A stretch of DNA of 63,733 nucleotides, counting the filler. It is 9 parts of 9 records of this genome, joined end to end, with 100 filler letters (N's around TTAATTAATTAA, not from the genome) between each part and the next. Parts side by side here need not be neighbours in the genome. Positions count along the whole stretch, not along the records: positions 38,803 to 48,174 come from SRR7504441_6143; positions 48,275 to 52,231 come from SRR7504441_6150; positions 52,332 to 58,165 come from SRR7504441_6152; 6 more parts are not named here. One strand, 5' to 3'. The translations under genes and the position numbers were made by a program. Numbering within the stretch: the stretch's first letter is position 1; each line of letters opens with the position of its first letter. The notes beneath the pieces are model-generated. The model was not told the origin of the DNA and did not search any database. It saw only the letters and a list, made by a program, of their open reading frames with translations. Below, piece after piece: positions 43,091-52,745 of the stretch.

Positions 43091-44207
43091 ATGACGGGCC
43101 ACGTCAAACGCCTCCGGTCTTCAAGGCTTTGTTCAGGTGACGCATGGAGCTCATCGGGAGTCCCCCCGGCGCGGGCTGACCCAGGCGGGGATCGCGTCGC
43201 TGGGCGGATCAGGCTCGGCAAGTCGTTGCCCAAGATCACTGGTGAGCCCCCCCCGCGATCCATTCCGGCCATGCCGGGTGACCACCCCCAGCTGGGCAGG
43301 CGGGTCTCGAGAGATGCGAGCAGCCCAGGTGTGCCGCGGTTGCCGCCGGCGCGCTCAGTGCCCGGCAGTACCACGCCTGGTCCAGTCTGGACTTGGCCGG
43401 TTCGCCCCGCTCCAGCCGGTTCAAGAAGAACATCTGGGGGATCGGGGTGGCTTCGGCCGCGGTGACCTATCAGCTGCTACCCGGCTGACTGGCCGGCAGA
43501 TCTCGGTGGTGATTTGCGCCCACGGCACCAGCTGCCAGTGGCACGCCACGCTGATGGGACTTAGTTTCGTGCTGTTCCATAGCCAAGGGCTGATGTCCGG
43601 GATTCTACTCGAGACTCAGGCCCAGCGCACAGCGATCCGAGCCGCTTGCCAGGCCTGAAAGCCAAACCCGTTGCCGCCTGACACGTGCGGCAGGCGGTGC
43701 ACGCGGGGCTGATGCTGGCGGCACTGGCAGTTGGGGCGGCGCAGCTTGTCTGGTGAGCCGGCGGGCGGCAGGGCAGAGCTGGCAGCAGGCTGGAGAGCGA
43801 GCAAAGTATAGCCGAAGACGGCTGGCAGCAGCTGTATGTTGGGTGCTTGCGCAGCGCTCGGCCGGGTCGGTCAGGGTTGGGGGCAGACACCTGTGCCTGG
43901 GCGTGGCCACGCTGTGCGCGGCCGTCTTTGAGGTGGTTATTACACAGGCGTTGTGGCTGATCTGTGCCGCATTGCAGATTGTTGCGGATGCTCGGCACCA
44001 GGGGCGGACGGAGGTGCTCTGTGCAGAGCTCTGGCAGGTCGGAGCTCTGGACAGGTGTTCCCCAGCCCCGGAATTAGCTTCGCGACGCATCTTCTCTCGA
44101 TTGCAACAACTGTATCTGGTCTATTCATGTGTGTGCATTCGTGGCTGCATACATTTGCTAGCGCGACACTGGTGTTATTGACGATGCTCCGAGTGTGTAT
44201 GTTTTAA
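43091..44207 (+). CDS. Cytochrome b561-like membrane protein; about 9 exons, start uncertain
   Basis: The spliced frame gives WHATLMGLSF...SQG, VHAGLM and HLCLGVAT (three heme-ligand-like His residues); includes GC-AG intron 43653-43693. Confidence 0.5.
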
Positions 44208-44267
44208 TAAACCCTTAAATCAAGTCGGCGTATTAACAGAAGTGGCTGCGGTCGCACCTTGCACGGT

Positions 44268-45449
44268 TTATTTGGCGTTTATGGCCGGCGTGAGAGTGTT
44301 GCAGTCCACCGAGAAGTTGCCGCCTTGGTATTCCCGGTGAAACACGCCATCGGCCGATTCAGTTGCCGGGCCTAGCGCACTCCCCCAGCGGTGGGTGTAC
44401 AGCGCCTTGGTGTCATTCCAGCGCCAGTCCTTACTTAGCCAGTAATCACCTGTTGACCAGCCAAAATAGTCTGAATGGCCACCTGGTCGAGCCGATTGTG
44501 TCAGCATGAACAGCGCAAACGCCAGCTTCAGACTGGTCTGCGGAGCAGCCGGGTAGCTGCCCCCGTGGGCGCTCAGGGCCACCCCACGGTGCTGAGTCTC
44601 TTCAACAGCCGTCTTGACGAGGTTGGTACACATGGTGGCTCCCTTGGGCAGCGGCGAGAACACCCCCCAGTACTCGTGGTAACGTACAAACGGGGCGGCC
44701 GGCGGGGCCATCAGGGCGTCCATCACCGCATCCAGCGGCACAGGGCAGAGCCCGATATTGTCCGAGATGGGCGCGGCTCCAGCGAATCCGTTCTTGAGAG
44801 AGAGGATCAGCCTCTTGCCTTTAGCGGCGAGCAGCTGGGCCGCCCGGCGGTAGGCGGCCACAGAGCCGTTGGAGTAGTCGTACCGGTCCTGGGTGGTGTT
44901 GAGCCCGTGCTGCCCCCGGCACTGCACCGCATCCCCTTCGTCAACGAACACGCCATCCACCGCCGGCTCGTCTGCCCACGGCCGGATCACCTTGTCAACG
45001 AAGAAATCTCGGGCGGCCGGATTGCGCCAGTCCCAGGTGTACCCATCGCCATTGGCGCAGGTCCCCCCGAGCCGCCGGCCGGGCGCCGCAGGCAGGAACA
45101 GCGATCGGTCGGCGATTGCTGGGAGCTGCCAGTCGTAAAAAGTTAGAGCGCTCTGGGCGTTGGCCCCGTAGGCGACTGTGCTGGCCGACGGGGCAACCTT
45201 GCGGACCGCCTGGATCTGGCCGCGCAGCGCGGCCTCCTCGTGGTGGCAGTGGCTTGCAGCGTTGCCCTGTTGCCAGCCGAAGTACACCGAGGCGTACTTG
45301 GCCTCTAGCAGATGCTGGCCGTCCGTCTCGGGACCGCTGACGTTAGCCCCGAACCAGACCGACGGGAACCGGTCGGGGTCGAAGTCCCACTTGCCGGCCG
45401 AGCCGAGCCCCGCCCCCAGCAGCAGCAGGTTAATGCTCTTCATCAACAT
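44268..45449 (-). CDS. Secreted putative glycoside hydrolase (GHL15-like TIM barrel)
   Basis: Signal peptide; WDWRNP..R, DGVFVDE, LA.ALF.L...YF and G.ALGPA....GVFHREY....SVDC. Confidence 0.55.
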   Translation of the reverse strand: MLMKSINLLLLGAGLGSAGKWDFDPDRFPSVWFGANVSGPETDGQHLLEAKYASVYFGWQQGNAASHCHHEEAALRGQIQAVRKVAPSASTVAYGANAQSALTFYDWQLPAIADRSLFLPAAPGRRLGGTCANGDGYTWDWRNPAARDFFVDKVIRPWADEPAVDGVFVDEGDAVQCRGQHGLNTTQDRYDYSNGSVAAYRRAAQLLAAKGKRLILSLKNGFAGAAPISDNIGLCPVPLDAVMDALMAPPAAPFVRYHEYWGVFSPLPKGATMCTNLVKTAVEETQHRGVALSAHGGSYPAAPQTSLKLAFALFMLTQSARPGGHSDYFGWSTGDYWLSKDWRWNDTKALYTHRWGSALGPATESADGVFHREYQGGNFSVDCNTLTPAINAK

Positions 45450-45493
45450 GCTCAAGTGCAGTGCCGTTAATCAACGGCAAGCGACACCGCACC

Positions 45494-46702
45494 ATGGGTC
45501 CGTGGCTGCTGCTGTGGCTGGCAGTACCAGTCCAGGCCATCACGCCGATGCCGTTGACCGTGCTCGACCCAGCCGAGACCGACGGCGGGCTCTGCCTCGA
45601 CGGGAGCCCTCCGGGGTACTACTTCGCGCCGGGATCGGACAGCAACTCCTGGCTGCTCTATATGCAGGGCGGCGCCTGGTGCACCTCGCCGGCCGACTGC
45701 CTGGGCCGGTCCACGGGGCACCTGGGCAGCTCCACGGCGTTTGCGCCACAGCTCGGGTACGGTGGCATGATGGATCAGGATCCACTGGCCAACCCAGTGT
45801 TTAGCAAGTTCAATCGAGCGATCCTGGCCTATTGCGATGGCGGATCGTTCGTTGGCGACGCGGCCGAGCCGCTGGTGCCTGCGGGGAGCAACGCCACGCT
45901 TTATTTCCGGGGGCGCCGGGTGCTCAGGGCGCTGCTGCGGCATCTTGTGCAGCACCGGGGGCTCGGGGCGGCCTCTCAGGGGACAGAGGTTCTGCTCGGC
46001 GGGGGGAGCGCCGGCGGGCTGGCGGCGGTGCTCGCGGCGGACTGGGTGGGCGCGCTGCTCCAGGGCTGGGGGCTGCGCCTGCGCAAGTTCCGGGCGCTGC
46101 CTGTGTCCGGGTTCTTTCTCGACCATCCTGTGGATCCGGGCGACACACTGGCATTTGGGCTGCAGATGCAGCAGATGTGCGCGCTGCACAACTGCACTGT
46201 GTCGCCCGACTGCGCGCGCAACCTGTCGGCTGGCGAGCGGTGGCGTTGCGTGCTTGCAAATTATTCCTACGCGGCCGCTCGTACTCCGATGTTCTTGCTC
46301 CAGTCCTCAGCAGACCTCTACCAGCTGTTCGCCATCGCCCGGCTGGGCGGCTGGGACAGCGGCTGTCTCAATCGCGGGATTCAGTTTGCCAACTGCTCGG
46401 CCAGTCAGCTCAGCCAGGTGGTCGAGTATCAGCAGTCGTTCATGAGCACTCTGCGCGCGTCGCCAAAGTTTGGGCGAGCAGGCGAGGGCGGGTTCGTGAC
46501 GAGTTGCCTCGAGCACGTCGCGGCCCAGAGCTCGGCGCCGTTCAATAACTACTCTATCGGCGGCCAGTCGGAGCGGCGGGCGTTGGAGCGCTGGTGGCTG
46601 GCGGACGGGACGGAGCCTGCGGCAGAGCACTGGAGCCTCCCGTGCACGTTGAGCAGAGGGGTGCCTCACCAGTGCAACCCGACATGCTTTGTGCTCGCAT
46701 AA
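45494..46702 (+). CDS. Secreted pectin acetylesterase/Notum-family carboxylesterase
   Basis: CLDGSPPGYYF, GGAWC, LGSS, YCDGGSF.G, LYFRG, GGSAGG and C-terminal CNPTC. Confidence 0.9.
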   Translation: MGPWLLLWLAVPVQAITPMPLTVLDPAETDGGLCLDGSPPGYYFAPGSDSNSWLLYMQGGAWCTSPADCLGRSTGHLGSSTAFAPQLGYGGMMDQDPLANPVFSKFNRAILAYCDGGSFVGDAAEPLVPAGSNATLYFRGRRVLRALLRHLVQHRGLGAASQGTEVLLGGGSAGGLAAVLAADWVGALLQGWGLRLRKFRALPVSGFFLDHPVDPGDTLAFGLQMQQMCALHNCTVSPDCARNLSAGERWRCVLANYSYAAARTPMFLLQSSADLYQLFAIARLGGWDSGCLNRGIQFANCSASQLSQVVEYQQSFMSTLRASPKFGRAGEGGFVTSCLEHVAAQSSAPFNNYSIGGQSERRALERWWLADGTEPAAEHWSLPCTLSRGVPHQCNPTCFVLA

Positions 46703-46900
46703 CTATATGGTGTATGGCAATAGTCTATAGTGTATGACTAACTAGTGCCCTATACTCGTATAGTGCATTAGTTGACTATACAATAGCATAACAATAGCAT
46801 GTCAGATTAAAATCACTTAATTACCTCTATTGCGGTTTGAATCACAACTCTGACTATATTGTCATATCATGCGCGTATAACTATGTACATCAAGTACTTA

Positions 46901-48115
46901 TTACTTCCACCCTCCGTACTCGGCCAAGCAGTTGTGCCCCAACGCAATCGCTTTCTCTATCCAACGCTTTGCCTCACCCAGCTCGCCCTCTGCCTCGAGC
47001 CTGTTAGCCTCCTCCATCGCCGCCATCGCCTCGTCCGATGGCCGGCTCACCGGCGGACACTCCCCGATCAACAGTCGCCGTTCCTCGGGAGCGTCTTGCA
47101 GGCTCCGGACCGGCTCACTGTCGAGGCTGCCCCGGGCCTGGAACTCGTGCGGCCAATGCGTGCCGCCCACGTCCCTGCAGTAAGCCCGCTGCCGGTCCCG
47201 GATGCAGATGTCCGTTGCCCAGGCCCGTGGGACCATGCAGGTGTAGCAAACCGCCCGGAGCAGCCTGTCCGGCCGGTGCTGTGTCCCCGCCAGAGCGGGT
47301 GTGTTGGCGTGGATCTGTCGCGAGTCCCACAAAATCAGATCCCCGGCCGCAGCGCAGACCAGCACCACGTTGCTATCGGCCAGCACATCCTCGGAGGGCA
47401 GGTGTGATAGCGGCACGAAGTCGCCCTGCACGCTCTGCACTCGAGAGCACAGCGCGTCATGCCTGTGTAGCGATCTCGGAACCACCACAAGCGAGCCCGA
47501 GCTCTGGTCCGCGTCCATTATCGTGACCAGTCCCTGCACGCAGTGCCGGCCTTGCTTGCCCCGGCCCGGCGGGTAGCTGTTCTGGTCCAGATGCAGCCAG
47601 CCGCCGCTCGTTTTAAGCTCCGGCCGTTCCCCGAACGGCCTGAAGACGTTGATGGCATCAAAGCTGGAGATCAGTTCGGCAGTCGACACACCCCAAAGCT
47701 CGGCGAAGGCTCGCACCACATTCGGGTGCGACCGCACGTACCAGGCGAACTCGGAGTGCGGGGCCCCGGCCAGGGCCATGATCCCGGTGCGGGCGTCGCC
47801 TGCGAAGTTGCCCGGCCAGCTCTCAGTCTGGTCCCGGCGCATCCCACTGGCCTCCAGGTGCTCCCACAGCAGATCCTCCGCCCGGGACACCTCCGACGGC
47901 CCGAGCACTCCCGCCAGCACCGCGTAGCCCTCCTCAGATAGGTGGGCCTGCCAGCCGGCGCTGTCGGTCAGCGCGAACCGGGCGGTCGGCGGCGAGAGCG
48001 CAACGGGCGGCTCGGCTGGGGGGTGTGGGCCGCGCCGCAGGGCGTGATTGCGCCGGGTCTCCATCTCAGGTGACCATTGGCTCTCCAGCCGGGCCACGCG
48101 CTCTGCAAAGGACAT
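46901..48115 (-). CDS. Phytanoyl-CoA dioxygenase (PhyH)-family 2OG-Fe(II) enzyme
   Basis: EEGYAV, WLHLDQN, VQGLV, VVP.S, AGDLILWDSR.IH and Y.CM.PR. Confidence 0.85.
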   Translation of the reverse strand: MSFAERVARLESQWSPEMETRRNHALRRGPHPPAEPPVALSPPTARFALTDSAGWQAHLSEEGYAVLAGVLGPSEVSRAEDLLWEHLEASGMRRDQTESWPGNFAGDARTGIMALAGAPHSEFAWYVRSHPNVVRAFAELWGVSTAELISSFDAINVFRPFGERPELKTSGGWLHLDQNSYPPGRGKQGRHCVQGLVTIMDADQSSGSLVVVPRSLHRHDALCSRVQSVQGDFVPLSHLPSEDVLADSNVVLVCAAAGDLILWDSRQIHANTPALAGTQHRPDRLLRAVCYTCMVPRAWATDICIRDRQRAYCRDVGGTHWPHEFQARGSLDSEPVRSLQDAPEERRLLIGECPPVSRPSDEAMAAMEEANRLEAEGELGEAKRWIEKAIALGHNCLAEYGGWK

Positions 48116-48174
48116 GCTGGCTGCAGTGCCTGCTGGTGGTTCAGGCCGTTATAATTAAGATTTATTAGATAATG

Positions 48175-48274
48175 NNNNNNNNNNNNNNNNNNNNNNNNNN
48201 NNNNNNNNNNNNNNNNNNTTAATTAATTAANNNNNNNNNNNNNNNNNNNNNNNNNNNNNNNNNNNNNNNNNNNN
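48175..48274. other. Artificial contig linker
   Basis: N44-TTAATTAATTAA-N44. Confidence 0.97.
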
Positions 48275-50499
48275 GGTGCAATCATAGTTTCGTCCACAGG
48301 GCTGCTGCCATGATCGGACACCTTGCACAGTTTGGCAGCACTCGGCCCTTCCTGGTCGGTCCCAGAGGGCTTGGCATATGGCTGGTCATTTCCATCCTCA
48401 GAGTCTAACGCAAAGCTGCCTGCTGGAGAATCTGGCCCGGGTTCGGACTTGTCAGAAGGAGTCACTTGTTTACGCTTTCTTGTGATCACAGTCAACTGTG
48501 TTGGGTCTGACGCCTCTTCCGTGTCAGAAGGAGCACCGCGACAGACCCTTGTGGACTGCGGGGCCTGCTTAACCGTGTCTGCATGCCGCTTACGTTTCCG
48601 TTGGATGCTCCTATCGTTGCTTGAACCTGCTAGTTCACAGAGTGGCAGATCATCATCGTCATCCTCGTCGTCCACCTCATCACTGTCTTGTTCCTCTTTC
48701 ACAGGAGCGGGGTCGTACCACTCTGCACACAACAGCATATAAGTGAGATTGTTCAGAATTCAGTCGCACCAGTGTCATCATTGCGGGCAGTCTCGTCCTT
48801 GATATCCTTGGCACCCGCAACTGTGTGGGGACAGTCCTTGAGCACCTGAGGAACGCCATCCTTTGCTTCCTGCAGGGCACAGCGATGGGTGGCAGGCATT
48901 CAGGCAAGCACACCTGGCCCAAGGGGTAGATTATCTTGACCTTTCCTTGTTGAGTTGGCTCGCACACTTTACATCTAAAGTATTTCGCAACCGCACTGTT
49001 TGGCCCTGCCCTCAATGTGTTTTGGCCATAGCTTTTGAAGTTCCTGAGATCAATGCTTGAATCGCTCAGGGTCAAATGCCGCGGTGTAGCTTGTCGGCTC
49101 TCGTGGTTTGCTAGCTTGGGCTGTGGGGCTGCTGGAAGCTTATCACTCATGGCCTCATCGGACGCAGCTTTAGCTTCTTCGAGAGCAGCTTCGAGAGTCA
49201 AATCACTAGACTTGAGCCGGATCGACTTCTTTGCATTGTTGTATTTGCTGCCGCTCTTTGTCTCAAACACACCGAGTGAGACAATGCTGCTATCTTTGAG
49301 CTGTGCGTAGAAGCACTGGGCTTCCTCATCCCACCGGAGCACTGCCTCCTCGTCCTTACACACGATAACGTCACCATCACAGCTGCTCATCAAGTGCCAG
49401 GGTGTCGCTAGCTTGCGGCGCTTTGCAACCTTTGGCTGTGGCGCTGTGGGAGCGATCATTGGCTCCAGCGGCTGCGGGAGCGCCCTAGCTACTGTACCCT
49501 CCTGTCTGATGGATACAGCTGTCTCGTTCTCATCCAAGCGGCAGCCGCCGCCCTGAATCGCCTGGAAGTGCAAAACTGAGCTGGTTACACTCCATTTCTC
49601 CAATGGATCCTGTGACAAGCGTCTCAGCACAAACCTTGCCAAGCTTTGGAGGCCACCTTTGGTTTCACGGTCACGTGCGAATTGAGCGTGATGCTGGCCA
49701 CGACTCCGATACTCGTGGTGCCTTCGGGGTTGACAATCTCAATCTCCTGGCCCGTCTTGAGATTCTTCTCTGTCTCGAGATGATCGCTTAACAACTGCAC
49801 CCGCGCTCTCACAAGCGCCCTAAACCAACTGGCTGCCTGTTTCACGTCAATGTGCCCTGTTAGCTCCTCGTAGACGTCATATAATTTCATATTCTTCCTA
49901 TCCGTGAGTGATGACTGGTACCTGCCCCAAATCTCAGGTGTTGGCCCTATCAACAAGCGCTATGCGCACCTCCCGCGGCGAGCCTCGTCGACTGTATACG
50001 CCCACTCCAAGTGTTTGCGCATCCACTCAACGGGCAGCTTGTGCGTGTCAGCCAGGTAATCCCAGAGCGCATCTACCTTCTCTTCCCTCTCTGTGCCCGC
50101 CGGCCTCTCTGTGCCCGCCGGCCTCTCTGCGCCCTTTGCCACCTCTGTAGCCCTCTCTGCCTGGCAGTGGACGCAGAACCAGTCGCCCTCGGGGACTGCG
50201 GCCAGCGGCGGCCGCAGGCAGCTCTGATGATAGCCCGCATGACACCCGTCGCACAGCAGCATTTCCGATTCGTTGTCGGCGCGGTCGCAGACTACGCACG
50301 CTTGGTCATCTGACGGTTCTGGCGGCTCCAGCCGCTGCTGCGGGCGGTCCTCTAGCTTCTTGAATATCCTCTCCTCGTTTTGGATCTTTCGCTCCTCCCG
50401 AGATAGCGACCCCTGCCCCACAGCCGCTCAGTGCCCGCGTACCAGCCGCAGAACGTGGCGGCCGAACAGCCAGCCGGCGGGCGAGCAACCGACCTGCAT
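48275..50499 (-). CDS. PHD-finger chromatin protein with a SAND-like segment (3'-truncated, start uncertain)
   Basis: PHD finger CVVC...MLLCDGC..GYH..CL.PPL..VPEGDWFC..C; SAND-like FETKSGSKYNNAKKSIR; acidic and NLS-like tail; 44-48-nt introns join the track ORFs. Confidence 0.7.
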
Positions 50500-50914
50500 C
50501 GCGCGCTCGAGTCCTGGCGCGATCACGGCGAAAGCCTGTCTCTCCGCACAACCAATTGGCGCCCCGGTTGGGTGCACATCGCGCGCCCGACCGGCATCAG
50601 TGCATGTACCAATTGGCCACCAATTGGAGCTTTCTGTTCACATCGTCCGACAGTCCGACTAGATCTATAATTAATTGCATAGGCTCCGGACAAAAGCCTG
50701 AGGCCTCGAGCCTCGAATCCAAGCATTTTCCAATCCTTATTATTTCAGCACGTTTAATAACATACTTAGAACTATATTTGAATAACTTATGATGTAGCTT
50801 TTAGCCGCGCTTCCGGGTCGTAATGAAGTCGCTTGGTGGAATCGCAAGTGGATCCGCAACATTGATGAAGTGTTCGTCCGGTTGAAATAAGTTCGATCCA
50901 GCAGTAGGACCCGC

Positions 50915-52090
50915 TTACTCAGTGCACGGGTTGCAGGTCGGGACGTAATCGCAATACTTGACCACCGCACGCAGGCAATCTCCTCCGTGCAGCGCTTCGA
51001 TCGCCTGAACCGTCCCGGCCACCCCGTCGAACCGGTGGGTGATGAAGTGGTCCACCACCAGCTCCCCCTTGCTCATCTTGGTGCACAGCATCGGGATCGC
51101 GTCCCTGGTCTTCCAGCCGCCGAATGCAGTCCCGCACAGCCGCCGGCCCGTGATGAACTGAAACGGGCGAGTGGAAATCTCGTGCCCGGCCGCGGCCACC
51201 CCGATGATGCAGCTCTCGCCCCATCCGCGGTGGGCCGCCTCGAGCGCCGAGCGCATCACGTTGGTGTTGCCTGTGCAGTCAAACGTGTAGTCGTACCCGT
51301 GCCCGGTAGGCGAGGTGCGGACTAGAACTTTCTGGATGGGCTCATCGCCAAAGTCCTTGGGGTTGAGGCATTCGGTGCACCCGAGCTGCTTGGCCATATC
51401 GAACTTCTTGGGGTTGATGTCGATGCCTACAATGTGCGAGGCACCCACCGCCTTGGCTGCCTGCACCACAGCAAATCCGACGGCTCCAAGACCAAACACG
51501 GCCACGCTGCTAAACGGTTCGACCTTGGTGGTGTTCCACACCGCGCCCAGCCCGGTCGAGACGCCGCAGCCGAACAGGCAGGCCTTCTCGGGCACAGTCT
51601 CCGGGTCGATTTTGGCGACCGAGATTTCGGCCAGAACCGAGTACTCGGAGAAGGTGGAGCAGCCCATGAAGTGGTAGATGGTGCTGCCGTCGCTCTTCAG
51701 CGTGAACCGGGAGGTGCCGTCCGGCATCACGCCGGCGCCCTGTGAGGACCTGATCTTGGGGCAGAGGTTGGTCTTGGGCGAGATGCAAAAGATGCACTGC
51801 GGGCCCTTGCACTGCGGGGTGTACCCAGGGACTACCAGGTCGCCGACCGCGACGGAGGTGACCCCCTCGCCGACTGACTCCACCACGGCAGTGGCCTCGT
51901 GCCCCAGGATAGAAGGGAAGAGCCCCTCCGGGTCCTGGCCCGAGAGCGTGTAGATGTCGGTGTGGCAGAGCGCGTTGCACAGGACTTTGACACGGACCTC
52001 GCCGGCCTTGGGAGGGGCCACCAGGATAGTCTCCTCGCGCAGGTCGTCCACCCCGAAGGCGACCATGGCCTTGCACTCGATCGGCTCCAT
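50915..52090 (-). CDS. ADH5: Class III alcohol dehydrogenase (S-hydroxymethylglutathione dehydrogenase/GSNOR)
   Basis: CHTD.YTLSG.DPEG.FP.ILGHE, SPKTNLC, HFMGCSTFSEY, ALEAAHRGWGES and EISTRPFQ; intronless. Confidence 0.95.
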   Translation of the reverse strand: MEPIECKAMVAFGVDDLREETILVAPPKAGEVRVKVLCNALCHTDIYTLSGQDPEGLFPSILGHEATAVVESVGEGVTSVAVGDLVVPGYTPQCKGPQCIFCISPKTNLCPKIRSSQGAGVMPDGTSRFTLKSDGSTIYHFMGCSTFSEYSVLAEISVAKIDPETVPEKACLFGCGVSTGLGAVWNTTKVEPFSSVAVFGLGAVGFAVVQAAKAVGASHIVGIDINPKKFDMAKQLGCTECLNPKDFGDEPIQKVLVRTSPTGHGYDYTFDCTGNTNVMRSALEAAHRGWGESCIIGVAAAGHEISTRPFQFITGRRLCGTAFGGWKTRDAIPMLCTKMSKGELVVDHFITHRFDGVAGTVQAIEALHGGDCLRAVVKYCDYVPTCNPCTE

Positions 52091-52231
52091 CTTGGCTGTT
52101 TGTTTGGCCAAGGGTGCGTCCGAGAGATACACGCGCACGTCCCGTCGCCCTCCGAAAAAAAAATCTGGAACCCGCTGCGCGAAATATTTGGTTCGCCACT
52201 GTAGTAGGCTGTGCAGACTGCTTGGTGCATG

Positions 52232-52331
52232 NNNNNNNNNNNNNNNNNNNNNNNNNNNNNNNNNNNNNNNNNNNNTTAATTAATTAANNNNNNNNNNNNN
52301 NNNNNNNNNNNNNNNNNNNNNNNNNNNNNNN
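52232..52331. other. Artificial contig linker
   Basis: N44-TTAATTAATTAA-N44. Confidence 0.97.
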
Positions 52332-52745
52332 AAGCCGAAGCGGATCTCAAAGCCCAAAATCCGGCGGCAACCCAGCTCTAGTGATACTGTATGATTGCAC
52401 ACGACCTGTAGATCTAGTTCGGACGTCGGCTGATGAGAAGCTTATGCGGAGCTCAGTAGAAGTGTTACCCGCGTACTTAGAATGCTTAGTAGCATTCTCA
52501 GTAGCTACTCAGCTCCTTGTTGCTTGCCTCGCACACGATCTTCAATCTCATCTTCATAAAGACTTTAATAATAAAGACTTAATAAAGACTCAGTACAGAC
52601 TTAGTACAGACTTCGTATGCATAAAGGATTTAGCATGCATACCATCAAGATACCACCGGAGGAGATAAATGTACTTACGCGTATGTAGCTAGCTTATAAT
52701 CATGTAGTGCTAGGCCTAGTGCCATGCCTAATGCCCTGAATAAGC

